This document shows positions 1 through 9,236 of a stretch of DNA of 64,000 nt, in pieces. The stretch covers positions 4,719-68,718 of the forward strand of contig JAZNPH010000010.1 of assembly GCA_045589515.1 (NCBI GenBank). Direction: 5' to 3'. A program made the translations under genes and the position numbers. Source of the DNA: Eubacteriales bacterium. GTDB taxonomy: Bacteria > Bacillota > Clostridia > Oscillospirales > CAG-382. Numbering within the stretch: the first letter of the stretch is position 1; each line of letters begins with the position of its first letter. Below the pieces are notes generated by a model, which was given only the letters and a program-made list of their open reading frames with translations, had not been told where the DNA came from and did no database searches.

Positions 1-736
1 CCCCGCCACCTATACGGGGATGTTCGGGGAGATTCGCGCGGTGTTCGCCGCCACTCCCGAGGCCAAGGCCCGGGGCTACAAGGACGGCCGCTTCTCCTTC
101 AATGTAAAAGGCGGCCGTTGCGAGGCCTGCGGCGGGGACGGCACCAACCTCATCGAAATGCACTTCCTTCCCGACGTGTACGTCACCTGCGACGTGTGCA
201 AGGGCAAGCGGTACAACCGCGAGACTTTGGAAGTGAAATACAAGGGCAAGAGCATCTACGACGTTCTGGAAATGACCGTGGACGAAGGGGTGGAGTTCTT
301 CTCCGTCTACCGCGGAATCCAGCGGAAGCTGAAAACCCTGCAGGACGTTGGCTTGGGCTATATCAAGATCGGCCAACCCTCCAACACCTTGTCCGGCGGC
401 GAGGCACAGCGTGTGAAGCTTGCCACGGAGCTGTCCAGAGTATCCACCGGCAGAACCCTTTACGTGCTGGACGAGCCCACCACGGGGTTGCATTCCTACG
501 ACGTGGATCAGCTCCGCGCCGTGTTACAGCGGCTTGTGGACAGCGGCAACACCGTTGTGGTCATCGAGCACAATCTTGACCTCATCAAGACCGCGGACTA
601 TATCATTGATTTGGGACCCGAGGGGGGAGACGGCGGCGGCACTCTGGTTGCCTGCGGTACTCCCGAGGAGGTAGCCGCCTGCGAGGACAGCTACACCGGT
701 CAGTATCTGAAGGGCGTTTTGGAGGAGAACGCTTAA
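1..736 (+). CDS. uvrA: Excinuclease ABC subunit A, C-terminal part (5' end outside window)
   Basis: Frame open from the window edge to TAA 734-736. Translation shows the UvrA C-terminal zinc finger (CEACGGDG...CDVCKGKRY), ABC signature LSGGEAQRV and Walker [13 protein letters not shown]. Confidence 0.95.
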   Translation, partial: PATYTGMFGEIRAVFAATPEAKARGYKDGRFSFNVKGGRCEACGGDGTNLIEMHFLPDVYVTCDVCKGKRYNRETLEVKYKGKSIYDVLEMTVDEGVEFFSVYRGIQRKLKTLQDVGLGYIKIGQPSNTLSGGEAQRVKLATELSRVSTGRTLYVLDEPTTGLHSYDVDQLRAVLQRLVDSGNTVVVIEHNLDLIKTADYIIDLGPEGGDGGGTLVACGTPEEVAACEDSYTGQYLKGVLEENA

Positions 737-754
737 GGGGCGCCGCCCCTTAAG
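732..754. repeat. Perfect palindrome CTTAAGGGGCG-C-CGCCCCTTAAG spanning the uvrA stop codon; no U-tract follows
   Basis: Read directly from the sequence. It has 11-nt arms and CTTAAG ends like the B-type hairpins listed below. Confidence 0.6.
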
Positions 755-880
755 AAACCCCGCCAGAAGGGAAGACCTGTAAACAGGTCAAGTCCCCTTG
801 GAATCCCACATTGTGAGGGGAAAATAAAAAGTTCCCGCATAGGGTACAGCGCAAAGTCGTTTCGCAACACAACGCTTTTC

Positions 881-904
881 GGGCGATTCGTGAATCGCCC
901 CTAC
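881..904 (+). repeat. 24-nt REP-like palindromic unit GGGCGATTCGTGAATCGCCCCTAC (left copy)
   Basis: The unit is itself a 9-bp-stem hairpin. Its reverse complement is identical 24/24 to 1034-1057. Confidence 0.75.
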
Positions 905-1033
905 AAAACCGAGCGGAGGAAAGGTTAGAAACGTAGCCCTTTCTTCCGCAGATAGGAAGGACGAAAAACGGTTTATACCTACCTCGTTGCGTGAAAATAT
1001 GGTTTGATTTTATCCAGCGTATCTTGCGTAACC

Positions 1034-1057
1034 GTAGGGGCGATTCACGAATCGCCC
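1034..1057 (-). repeat. 24-nt REP-like unit, inverted copy (GTAGGGGCGATTCACGAATCGCCC on + strand)
   Basis: Exact inverted repeat of 881-904, separated by 129 nt of non-coding DNA. Confidence 0.75.
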
Positions 1058-1123
1058 GGAACCGAAGGGAACGATTTTCCCCCGAATCTACGATATTTTC
1101 CTCTTCGTTTTTTATACACCCTC

Positions 1124-1194
1124 CCGAAAACGACAGTTTTCGGCAATAAAAGTTCTTTGAAGTTCAAGAAACTTTCTTTTAAGAAAGTTTCTTG
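1124..1194 (+). repeat. Composite intergenic repeat, copy 1 (hairpin A + linker + hairpin B)
   Basis: Hairpin A is CCGAAAAC-GACA-GTTTTCGG (1124-1143). The linker is AATAAAAGTTCTTTGAAGTT. Hairpin B is CAAGAAACTTTCTTTT/AAGAAAGTTTCTTG (1165-1194). The element ends 17 nt before the radical-SAM ATG. Confidence 0.8.
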
Positions 1195-1211
1195 GAAAAA
1201 AGGAGATATAC

Positions 1212-3068
1212 ATGAACACCGAGAAATATGCACATCTGTTAAAACACGTGGAGAAGCCCGGGCGGTACGTGGGGGGCGAGCTGAACAGCGAGTATAAGGA
1301 CCCCGCCACCGTAGACCTGAACCTGTGCTTCTGCTTCCCCGACACCTACGAGATCGGTATGTCCAACCTGGGTATGCGCATCCTTGTGGGTTGCTTAAAC
1401 CGCATGGACGGGGTGTATTGCCAGCGTTCCTACGCCCCCTGGCCGGATATGGAGGCACAGCTGTTACAAAACGGCCTGCCCCTCTACGCCCTGGAAACGG
1501 GGGAGCCCCTCTGTAATTTTGACGCCTTGCTGTTCACTTTGCAGTACGAGCTTTGCTATACCAACGTGCTGAACATGATCCGCCTTGCGGGTCTGCCCAT
1601 GTACGCAAAGGACAGAACGGGGGAGATGCCCCTTATCATTGCGGGCGGCCCCTGCTCCTACAATCCCGAGCCCTTGGCGGACTTTGTGGATATCTTCTCC
1701 ATCGGAGAAGGGGAGGAAGCTCTCTGCGAGCTGGCAGAGCTGATCCGTACCTGCAAGAAGGAGGGCGTTTCCAAGGAGGAGCTGCTTTACAGAGCTTCTC
1801 AGCTGGAAGGCTTCTACGTGCCTTCCCTGTACCAAGTTACTTACAACGAGGACGGTACCCTGCAGTACTTTGCCCCGGGGCGTGAAGGGGTTCCCGCTAC
1901 CGTGAAGAAGCGTATCATCACCGATCTGGACAAGGTGTACTTCCCCGAGAAGTCTCCCATGCCCTACCTGGACGTGGTTCACGACCGTGTGATGATGGAG
2001 GTAACCCGCGGCTGTATCCGCGGATGTCGTTTCTGCCAGGCGGGGATGATTTACCGTCCCTACCGCGACAAATCTCCCGAGGGCATCAACGCCTGCGCTA
2101 TGGCCTCCATCGGTCATACCGGCTATTCCGAGATCTCCCTGACTTCTCTCAGCATCAGCGACTATCCCCGTCTGCCCGAATTGGTGGACAAGCTGCTGGA
2201 GTGGACGGAGGAGCAAAAGGTAGGGCTATCCCTGCCCTCCCAGCGTATCGACGCTTTCTACGAGGAACTGATGGAAAAGGTGATGTCCGTGCGGAAGAGC
2301 GGCCTTACCTTCGCCCCCGAGGCGGGTACGCAAAGACTCCGTGACGTGATCAATAAGAACATCGCCGAGGACGATATCTTAGTGGCCTGCGAGAAGGCCT
2401 TCGACGGGGGCAGAAACAGTTTGAAGCTGTACTTCATGAACGGCCTGCCCACCGAGCGCGACGAGGACATCCTGGGCATCGCAGAGCTGGCACAGAAAAT
2501 CGTGGATCTGTTCTACGCTAAGAAACGTAAGGGAAGAGGCGTTACCGTGACGGTAAGCGTTTCCTGCTTCGTGCCCAAGCCCTTCACTCCCTTCCAGTGG
2601 GAAGCCCAGAATGACTTCGAGGAGCTGGAACGGAAGCAGAAATTGCTCCGCGACCACATCACCTCCCGCAAGATCGACTATAAATACCACGACGCCAAGG
2701 TCTCTCGTCTGGAGGCTGTGTTCGCCAAGGGCGACCGCCGTCTGGGCAAGGCTCTGGCCTACGCCGTGGAAAAGGGCCAGAAGTTCGACGCCTGGGACGA
2801 GTTCTTCTCCTACGAGAACTGGATGGGTTACTTTGCCGACACGGGCATCGACCCCGCCTTCTACGCCAATCGTGTCATGGGAGAAGAGGAGCTGTTGCCC
2901 TGGGATTTCATCGACATCGGCGTGACCAAGCGGTTCCTGCTTTCCGAAAAGCATAAGGCGGAAGCGGAGACCACCACCCCCGACTGCCGCACCAAATGCT
3001 CCGCCTGTGGGGCAAATACCCTCTGCGGCGGCAAGGGCTGTTCCGCACATCCTACGAAGGAGGCTTGA
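1212..3068 (+). CDS. Radical SAM protein with B12-binding-like N-terminal domain (TIGR03960-type, recalled from memory)
   Basis: ATG 1212 is preceded by AAGGAG (1200-1205). The radical-SAM cluster motif CIRGCRFC is present in VTRGCIRGCRFCQAG. The 618-aa ORF has codon-like composition. Confidence 0.85.
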   Translation: MNTEKYAHLLKHVEKPGRYVGGELNSEYKDPATVDLNLCFCFPDTYEIGMSNLGMRILVGCLNRMDGVYCQRSYAPWPDMEAQLLQNGLPLYALETGEPLCNFDALLFTLQYELCYTNVLNMIRLAGLPMYAKDRTGEMPLIIAGGPCSYNPEPLADFVDIFSIGEGEEALCELAELIRTCKKEGVSKEELLYRASQLEGFYVPSLYQVTYNEDGTLQYFAPGREGVPATVKKRIITDLDKVYFPEKSPMPYLDVVHDRVMMEVTRGCIRGCRFCQAGMIYRPYRDKSPEGINACAMASIGHTGYSEISLTSLSISDYPRLPELVDKLLEWTEEQKVGLSLPSQRIDAFYEELMEKVMSVRKSGLTFAPEAGTQRLRDVINKNIAEDDILVACEKAFDGGRNSLKLYFMNGLPTERDEDILGIAELAQKIVDLFYAKKRKGRGVTVTVSVSCFVPKPFTPFQWEAQNDFEELERKQKLLRDHITSRKIDYKYHDAKVSRLEAVFAKGDRRLGKALAYAVEKGQKFDAWDEFFSYENWMGYFADTGIDPAFYANRVMGEEELLPWDFIDIGVTKRFLLSEKHKAEAETTTPDCRTKCSACGANTLCGGKGCSAHPTKEA

Positions 3069-3071
3069 GAG

Positions 3072-3680
3072 ATGAAATACGTATTTGCAACCTTTACAAA
3101 AACGGGTAACCTCCGTTATATTTCCCACCTGGATCTTCAGAGAGCCTTCACCCGTCTGCTGTTGCGTACGGGTCTGCCCATCAAGTTTTCCGAGGGCTTC
3201 AATCCCCACCCCAAGCTGATGTTCGCCCAGCCTCTTTCCCTGTTCCAGGAAAGTATTTGCGAGGTGGCGGAGTTCCGCTTTGAGGACGAATGCCCCACCG
3301 AGGCAGAGACCTTGGCACGTTTGCAGGAACAGTCTCCCGAAGGGATGAACTTCACCAAGGTGGAGTATTCCGAAAGGAAGCTTCCTCCCTGCAAAGCGGC
3401 GGAGTATACCCTCACCTTCGAGACGGCTCTTGATGTAGAGGCCTTCCAAGCCCTCTTCGCCGGGGAAATGCCCGTGGTGAAGAAGACCAAGACCCAGGAA
3501 AAAACCGTGGACATCGCCCCCCTCATCACCGAAAAGTTTTTTGCCAAAACGGAAACAGGCGTGACCTTGCATTGCACCCTTCCCTGCGGCAACGAGTACC
3601 TAAACCCCTCCTATATTGAGCAGTTCTTGGGGGACAAGGTCACCGATATGCGGGTGATGCGGGAGAAATTGATGTTTTGA
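3072..3680 (+). CDS. Radical-SAM-linked protein (DUF2344 / TIGR03936-type)
   Basis: ATG lies 4 nt after the upstream stop. The N-terminus (KTGNLRYISHLDLQRAFTRLLLRTGLPIKFSEGFNPHPK) is typical of the family that partners with, or is fused to, the preceding radical SAM protein. Confidence 0.75.
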   Translation: MKYVFATFTKTGNLRYISHLDLQRAFTRLLLRTGLPIKFSEGFNPHPKLMFAQPLSLFQESICEVAEFRFEDECPTEAETLARLQEQSPEGMNFTKVEYSERKLPPCKAAEYTLTFETALDVEAFQALFAGEMPVVKKTKTQEKTVDIAPLITEKFFAKTETGVTLHCTLPCGNEYLNPSYIEQFLGDKVTDMRVMREKLMF

Positions 3681-3761
3681 CCCCCGAAAGGGTCTGCTTT
3701 CGGAAGTCGATTTCTTCGGAGAATTGATTCCCGCCTCTCACAATTTTTTTACAAATAACCC

Positions 3762-3790
3762 TTGCGTTTATCAAAGAACTTTGCTATAAT
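3762..3790 (+). promoter_or_regulatory. Sigma-A-type promoter for pyrH
   Basis: TTGCGT (3762-3767), 17-nt spacer, TGcTATAAT (extended -10; hexamer 3785-3790). Confidence 0.55.
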
Positions 3791-3824
3791 ATTTCCAAAC
3801 GATACAATAAGGGGGAATCTGCCC

Positions 3825-4544
3825 ATGAATATGCAGCCCAAATACAAACGCGTGTTACTCAAGCTCTCCGGCGAGGCCTTGTCCGGGGACGGAAATCGGA
3901 TCCTTGACGACGGTTTCCTTCGTGCCGTAGCCGCAGAGATCGCCACCTGCGTAAAGGCAGGGGTACAGTTCGGCATCGTCATCGGTGCGGGAAATATCTG
4001 GAGAGGTGCCCGCCAGGGCGGTCTTTCCATCGACCGTGTGAGAGGGGACCACATGGGCATGCTTGCCACCGTGATCAACTCCCTTGCCATGCAGGACTAT
4101 CTGCTTGCCGCAGGGGTGGACGCCAAGGTGATGAGCGCCTTCCAGATCCAGCAGGTCTGTGAGCCCTACGCCCAGTATAAGGCTATGGAATATTTAGAGC
4201 AGGGAAGCGTTGTGCTGATCCCCTGCGGCGTGGGTTATCCCTACTTCTCCACCGATACGGGGATGATGCTCCGGGCTGTGGAATTGAAGTGCGACGTACT
4301 TCTGTCCGCCAAGAACGTGGACGGCGTCTACGACAGCGACCCTGCCAAGAACCCCGACGCCAAGAAGTATGATACCCTGACTTACGACGAGATCCTTTCC
4401 AAGAATCTCAAGGCTATCGACCTCACTGCCTCCGCCATTGGCAGAGAAAACAAAATGCCCGCCCTGATCTTCGGGCTTTCCCACCCCGAGAACATCACCC
4501 GTGCGGTGATGGGGGAGAATCTGGGCACCTTGATCACCGAATAA
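3825..4544 (+). CDS. pyrH: UMP kinase
   Basis: Internal ATG 3825 has a GGGGGA RBS 8 nt upstream and is preferred over the ORF-track start at 3762. N-terminus is YKRVLLKLSGEAL and the protein is full-length UMP-kinase-like. Confidence 0.95.
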   Translation: MNMQPKYKRVLLKLSGEALSGDGNRILDDGFLRAVAAEIATCVKAGVQFGIVIGAGNIWRGARQGGLSIDRVRGDHMGMLATVINSLAMQDYLLAAGVDAKVMSAFQIQQVCEPYAQYKAMEYLEQGSVVLIPCGVGYPYFSTDTGMMLRAVELKCDVLLSAKNVDGVYDSDPAKNPDAKKYDTLTYDEILSKNLKAIDLTASAIGRENKMPALIFGLSHPENITRAVMGENLGTLITE

Positions 4545-4574
4545 AAAAAGCTTCACATAGAAAGGAAAATCACC

Positions 4575-5129
4575 ATGAGTTTCGACAAAAAGCCTTACGA
4601 GTCCAAAATGCAGAAGACCATCGACGTCCTGGAGTCTGAATTTGCCACCATCCGTGTGGGCAGAGCCTCCGCAAGAGTGCTGGATAAGATCACCGTTCCT
4701 TACTACGGCACTCCCACCGGCATCGACGGCGTTGCCACCGTTAAGACTCCCGACGCAAGAACTCTGCTGATCCAGCCCTGGGAGACCTCCATGCTGAAGG
4801 AGATCGAGAAAGCCATCGCCGCATCCGATTTGGGCATCACCCCCCAGAACGACGGCAAGGCCATCCGCCTGAACTTCCCCCCTCTTACCGAGGAGCGCCG
4901 TAAGGAGTTCACCAAGAAGACCGCTAAGATGGGCGAGGAAGCAAAGGTTGCCATCCGTAACCTGCGCAGAGACGCCAACGATGAGATCAAGAAGCTGAAG
5001 AAGGACAGCATCATCACCGAGGACGATCAGAAGAACGCAGAAAAGGCAGTCCAGGATCTTACCGACAAGTACGTGAAGAAGGTTGATGAAGTGGTTGCCA
5101 AGAAGGACAAGGAGATCATGGAGCTTTGA
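4575..5129 (+). CDS. frr: Ribosome recycling factor
   Basis: 184 aa with typical Frr sequence (ATIRVGRASARVLD...LNFPPLTEERRKE) and an AAAGGAAAA RBS. Confidence 0.97.
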   Translation: MSFDKKPYESKMQKTIDVLESEFATIRVGRASARVLDKITVPYYGTPTGIDGVATVKTPDARTLLIQPWETSMLKEIEKAIAASDLGITPQNDGKAIRLNFPPLTEERRKEFTKKTAKMGEEAKVAIRNLRRDANDEIKKLKKDSIITEDDQKNAEKAVQDLTDKYVKKVDEVVAKKDKEIMEL

Positions 5130-5824
5130 TGGAGCATCCTGATTTCAAAAAGCTTCCCAACCACGTAGCAATGATCATGGATGGCAACGGCCGCTGGGCA
5201 AAAAAGCGGCTGTTGCCCCGCACCGCGGGACACAAGGTGGGGCTGGATGCATTTTTCGAGGTGGCCAACGCCTGCAGTGACTTGGGGATCCCTTACGTGA
5301 CGGTGTACGCCTTTTCCAGCGAAAACTGGAATCGGGAGAAGTCCGAGGTGGATGCCCTCATGGCCCTTATGAAAAACGGCATCGTCCGCTATATGCCCGA
5401 ATTGCAGGAGCGGAATATCCGTCTGAACCTCATGGGAGATCTTTCCCGTTTCCCCGACGAGGAACGGAACGCCATTCTGGATTGCAGAGACCGTCTGGCA
5501 AGCAATACCGGTGCGGTGCTTTCCATCTGCATCTCCTACGGAGGCAGACAGGAGATCTTGCACGCCGTAAACGAGCTGTTGGCGGAAGGGAAGAAGGAAG
5601 TCACCGCAGAGGAGCTGGAAAAGCATTTGTATTCTGCGGGGATCCCCGACCCGGATCTGATCATCCGCACCAGCGGAGAGTATCGGATCTCCAACTTTTT
5701 GTTATGGCAGTCCGCCTATGCGGAATATTATTTTACCGACGTGCTTTGGCCGGACTTCCGTAAGGAAGAACTGTACAAGGCACTGCGGGAGTTTGAATCC
5801 CGCAAGAGAAGATTCGGTAAGTAA
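5129..5824 (+). CDS. uppS: Isoprenyl transferase (undecaprenyl-diphosphate synthase)
   Basis: DGNGRWA and ENW motifs are present. ATG 5129 overlaps the frr stop (TGATG). The ORF-track start at 5126 is a TTG one codon upstream. Confidence 0.95.
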   Translation: MEHPDFKKLPNHVAMIMDGNGRWAKKRLLPRTAGHKVGLDAFFEVANACSDLGIPYVTVYAFSSENWNREKSEVDALMALMKNGIVRYMPELQERNIRLNLMGDLSRFPDEERNAILDCRDRLASNTGAVLSICISYGGRQEILHAVNELLAEGKKEVTAEELEKHLYSAGIPDPDLIIRTSGEYRISNFLLWQSAYAEYYFTDVLWPDFRKEELYKALREFESRKRRFGK

Positions 5825-5852
5825 GGGTCAACTCCCTTCTATCTTCCCCCCT

Positions 5853-5930
5853 CCGAAAACGTTAGTTTTCGGCACTGAAAGTTTCTTTGGGATTCTTAAG
5901 AGGCTTTCTTTTCAAAGAAAGCCTCTTAAG
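5853..5930 (+). repeat. Composite intergenic repeat, copy 2
   Basis: Hairpin A is CCGAAAAC-GTTA-GTTTTCGG (5853-5872). The linker is CACTGAAAGTTTCTTTGGGATT. Hairpin B is CTTAAGAGGCTTTCTTTTC/AAAGAAAGCCTCTTAAG (5895-5930). It lies between uppS and cdsA. Confidence 0.8.
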
Positions 5931-5965
5931 CCCTCGTACTATTCCTACATACAGGAGGTATCCTT

Positions 5966-6847
5966 ATGTTAACCCGTATCATCACGGCAGTGATCGCTCT
6001 GTGCCTGCTGGTTCCCATTCTGCTGTTCGCTCCCACCTGGGCGGTGGCAGGTCTTTGGGCGCTGTTGGGCGCTGTGGCGGTATATGAGTTTTTCTCCTGC
6101 GTGGGATTCAAAAAAGAGGTGTGGCTCTGGGTGGTCTCCATCCTCAGCCTGGTGATTTCCATCGGCTGTAATATCCTTACGGGCACTCTCTTGAACAAGT
6201 TCTACCAAGAAGAATGGCTGCAGTACGTGCTGTATCTGCCTTCCATTATGAACGTGGTCACCGTGCTGGCCTTTATGCTGGCGGCGGTGGTGCGTTACAA
6301 AAAGCTCCCTGTTGACCGTCTGATCATGCTTTTCGGGCTGGTGCATTACGCCAAATACGGCTTTTCCGCTTTGGCGGGCCTGGCGCTGGATAAGCCCATG
6401 TTCATCGGCCTTGCGACCCCCGGCGCATCCGTTCCCCTGTGGGTCGCCCTGTGCATCCCGTGGGTGGCGGACACCATGGCCTATTTCACCGGCTATTTCT
6501 TGGGCAAGCATAAGCTCTGCCCGGAGATCTCTCCCAAAAAGACGGTGGAGGGCGCCATCGGCGGCGTGTTGGGTACGGGTATCGCGGCGGTGGTGGTGTA
6601 CGGTTTCGTCAGCGGCTGGGAGATCTGGGATCTGCTGCCTATCTTCATCGGCGCCATGCTGTTGGCGGTGGTCTCCATCTACGGCGACCTGTTTGCCTCG
6701 GTGGTAAAACGCCACTTTGGTGTGAAGGACTACGGCAAGCTGTTCCCCGGGCACGGCGGCATCATGGATCGCTTTGACAGCACCATCCCCGTGGCCATTC
6801 TGTTGCAGCTTTTGCTGGTATTCCCTTATTTTGAGAATTTGATATGA
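5966..6847 (+). CDS. cdsA: Phosphatidate cytidylyltransferase
   Basis: Polytopic membrane protein with the C-terminal CDS signature GHGGIMDRFDS. AGGAGG RBS at 5953-5958. Confidence 0.9.
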   Translation: MLTRIITAVIALCLLVPILLFAPTWAVAGLWALLGAVAVYEFFSCVGFKKEVWLWVVSILSLVISIGCNILTGTLLNKFYQEEWLQYVLYLPSIMNVVTVLAFMLAAVVRYKKLPVDRLIMLFGLVHYAKYGFSALAGLALDKPMFIGLATPGASVPLWVALCIPWVADTMAYFTGYFLGKHKLCPEISPKKTVEGAIGGVLGTGIAAVVVYGFVSGWEIWDLLPIFIGAMLLAVVSIYGDLFASVVKRHFGVKDYGKLFPGHGGIMDRFDSTIPVAILLQLLLVFPYFENLI

Positions 6848-7974
6848 CATCCTCTATCTGTATTTTAGGCTCTACGGGCTCCATCGGCACCCAGTCCTTG
6901 GACGTTGCCCGTAAGCATCACATCCCCGTCACCGCTTTGGCGGCGGGTACAAGAGAAGAAACGTTGGAAAGGCAGGCACGTGAGTTCCTGCCTGCCGCCG
7001 TTTATATTGACAAGTCACGTTACAGCTCCTTGAAGACCCGCCTTGCGGATACGAGCATCCGCATCCTTTCCGGGGACGAGGGGCTGACCGAGCTTGCGGC
7101 TACGGACACTTCCCCCACGGTGGTGAACGCCCTTACGGGGATCCTGGGTCTGAAGCCCACCCTCTCTGCCTTAGAGGCGGGGAAAGATATTGCCCTGGCC
7201 AACAAGGAAACTTTAGTGGCAGGGGGCGATTTGGTGATGTCTCTCGCACGGGAGAAGGGCCTGAAAATCCTTCCCGTGGACAGTGAGCATTCCGCCATTT
7301 TTCAATGCCTGCAGTGCGGGGGCAAGGTGAAGAAGATCCTGCTCACCGGTTCGGGAGGCCCCTTCTTCGGGAAGGACAAGGAATTCTTAAAGACCGTCAC
7401 CGCTGCAGACGCCCTGCGCCATCCCAATTGGAGCATGGGCCCCAAGATCACCGTGGACAGCTCCACCCTGATGAACAAGGGCTTGGAGTTTATCGAGGCG
7501 GTGCATCTCTTTGACGTCCACCCCGATCAAATTGAGGTGGTGATCCAAAGGGAGAGCATCATCCATTCCATGGTTCAGTTTGAAGATAACGCCGTGCTGG
7601 CACAAATGGGCGTGCCGGATATGCGGCTTTGCATCCAATATGCCTTGACCTACCCGGAGCGTACCGAATCTCCCTCGGGAGAGCTGGATCTCTTCCAGGT
7701 AGGCAAGCTCACCTTCTTCCGCCCGGATACGGAGACCTTCCCTCTGCTGAAGCTGGCCAAGGACACCATCTTAAAGGGCGGCAACCTCCCTGCCGCCATG
7801 AACGGCGCCAACGAGGAGGCCGTGGGCAGATTCTTAAAGGGAGAGATTGGGTATACCCAATTGTTTGATATCGTCATCTCCGCCACGGAGAACGCACACT
7901 TCGTCCCCCATCCCACCTTGGCACAGATCCTGGAGGCAGACAAGGCCGCCAGAGAATACGTAAGAGCGCAGTAA
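6844..7974 (+). CDS. dxr: 1-deoxy-D-xylulose-5-phosphate reductoisomerase
   Basis: GSTGSIGTQ NADPH-binding N-terminus and LANKE / NKGLE motifs. ATGA overlap with the cdsA stop. Confidence 0.95.
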   Translation: MTSSICILGSTGSIGTQSLDVARKHHIPVTALAAGTREETLERQAREFLPAAVYIDKSRYSSLKTRLADTSIRILSGDEGLTELAATDTSPTVVNALTGILGLKPTLSALEAGKDIALANKETLVAGGDLVMSLAREKGLKILPVDSEHSAIFQCLQCGGKVKKILLTGSGGPFFGKDKEFLKTVTAADALRHPNWSMGPKITVDSSTLMNKGLEFIEAVHLFDVHPDQIEVVIQRESIIHSMVQFEDNAVLAQMGVPDMRLCIQYALTYPERTESPSGELDLFQVGKLTFFRPDTETFPLLKLAKDTILKGGNLPAAMNGANEEAVGRFLKGEIGYTQLFDIVISATENAHFVPHPTLAQILEADKAAREYVRAQ

Positions 7975-8010
7975 GCTTTTCCCTCACCTACGAAAGGAAC
8001 CCTGTTTTTT

Positions 8011-9066
8011 ATGATCACCATTCTCGTTACCCTTCTGATCTTCGGCCTGCTGGTTACTGTCCACGAGCTGGGGCATTATCTGGTTGCCCGCGCCTCGGGT
8101 GTGGCCATCATTGAGTTTTCCATCGGCATGGGGCCCAAGATCAAGAGCTGGCAGGGCAAGATCAATACCTTCTCCATCCGCGCACTTCCTATTGGCGGCT
8201 ACGTCCGTATGGCAGGGGAGCCCGGGGAGGATGACGACGTGGAATCCATGGTGGCCTGCATCGGCAGAAAGCCCATCAATGAGGTGAACATCTTCAAGCG
8301 GATGCTCATCGTCCTGGCAGGGCCGTTCATGAACATCCTGCTGGCGTTTTTGGTGATGCTTTTGCTGGTCAGCACCAGTCAAGCCATCGGCAGTACCCAG
8401 GTGGCGGAGCTGATGGAGCATAACGAAAGCGGAAAATACGGTTTACAGCCCGGAGATATCATTCTGGAGATCGACGGTAAGACCATCCGTTGCTTCCCGG
8501 ATCTTTCCTACAAGATCATGGCGGACGGCGCCTTCGGTGTGGATATGCTGGTGGAGCGCGATGGGAAAGAGGTGCTTTTGGAAAACGTGGTTTTCGCCTA
8601 CACCGAGGAGGAGGGTATCGTCTACGGTGCCTTGGATTTCAAGGTGTATCGGGAGGAGAAAACGCTTTCTACCATCCTGTACGAAAGCTTTTGGCAGGGA
8701 TATAACTCCATCTATATGACGGTGGATTCCCTGATCGATACCATCAAAGGACGCTACGGTCTGGAGGCTGTGGGCGGACCCGTTGCCATCGGAGAGCAGA
8801 TCGGAGAGGCTATGGATGCCGCCGATACCTTTGCCGACACCTTGCGGAATTTGGGGAGCATAACCATGATGATCTCCGTTTCCCTTGGTATTATGAACCT
8901 CCTGCCCATCCCTGCGCTGGACGGCGGGCGGTTCTTGATCTATGTAATTGAAGCGATTCGTAGAAAACCACTCCCAAAAAAGGTTGAAGAAGGAATTGTT
9001 GGCGCGACCATGTTTTTGCTATTGGCTCTCATGGCGCTTGTGTTCGTTAAGGATATATTCCTCTAA
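8011..9066 (+). CDS. rseP: RIP (site-2) zinc metalloprotease, M50 family
   Basis: HELGHY near the N-terminus, a central PDZ-like segment and the C-terminal NLLPIPALDGG motif. Confidence 0.9.
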   Translation: MITILVTLLIFGLLVTVHELGHYLVARASGVAIIEFSIGMGPKIKSWQGKINTFSIRALPIGGYVRMAGEPGEDDDVESMVACIGRKPINEVNIFKRMLIVLAGPFMNILLAFLVMLLLVSTSQAIGSTQVAELMEHNESGKYGLQPGDIILEIDGKTIRCFPDLSYKIMADGAFGVDMLVERDGKEVLLENVVFAYTEEEGIVYGALDFKVYREEKTLSTILYESFWQGYNSIYMTVDSLIDTIKGRYGLEAVGGPVAIGEQIGEAMDAADTFADTLRNLGSITMMISVSLGIMNLLPIPALDGGRFLIYVIEAIRRKPLPKKVEEGIVGATMFLLLALMALVFVKDIFL

Positions 9067-9141
9067 AAAGGGGCGAAAAATTCAAGAAAATTCGATTTCA
9101 AAAACTACCGTTTTTGGAAAAAGTATTTTATAGTTTATTTC

Positions 9142-9217
9142 CCGAAAACGACAGTTTTCGGCAGGGAGAGTTCTTTGAAGATTCTTAAGAAACTTTCTTT
9201 CAAGAAAGTTTCTTAAG
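9142..9217 (+). repeat. Composite intergenic repeat, copy 3 (an extra A-type hairpin lies at 9099-9116)
   Basis: Hairpin A is CCGAAAAC-GACA-GTTTTCGG (9142-9161). The linker is CAGGGAGAGTTCTTTGAAGATT. Hairpin B is CTTAAGAAACTTTCTTTC/AAGAAAGTTTCTTAAG (9184-9217). A stand-alone CAAAAAC-TACC-GTTTTTG lies upstream. The element sits between rseP and ispG. Confidence 0.8.
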
Positions 9218-9236
9218 CCTCCCCGAAAGGCTGTGT

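Noticed and set aside
737-1211. Known housekeeping ncRNA (tmRNA, RNase P, SRP or 6S) in the 475-bp uvrA / radical-SAM spacer
   Set aside because: None of the conserved cores I know is present: the tRNA-like ends of tmRNA, the GGAAAGTCCGG-type P4 region of RNase P, or the SRP domain IV motif. The region is better explained by dispersed repeats.
1004-1297. Short ORFs translating the repeats (1004-1297, 5718-5972, 8948-9133, 14756-15082, 51735-52031)
   Set aside because: Their products (for example ...PKTTVFG...LKKLSFKKVS...) are just the palindromic repeats read as protein. The same peptides recur wherever the DNA repeat recurs. No RBS is present.
5969-6850. 293-aa minus-strand ORF mirroring cdsA almost base for base; the same applies to 9240-10307 mirroring ispG
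   Set aside because: Mirror ORFs of identical length offset by 3 nt are a codon-bias by-product. The sense-strand products carry the diagnostic CdsA and IspG motifs, and the antisense products carry none.
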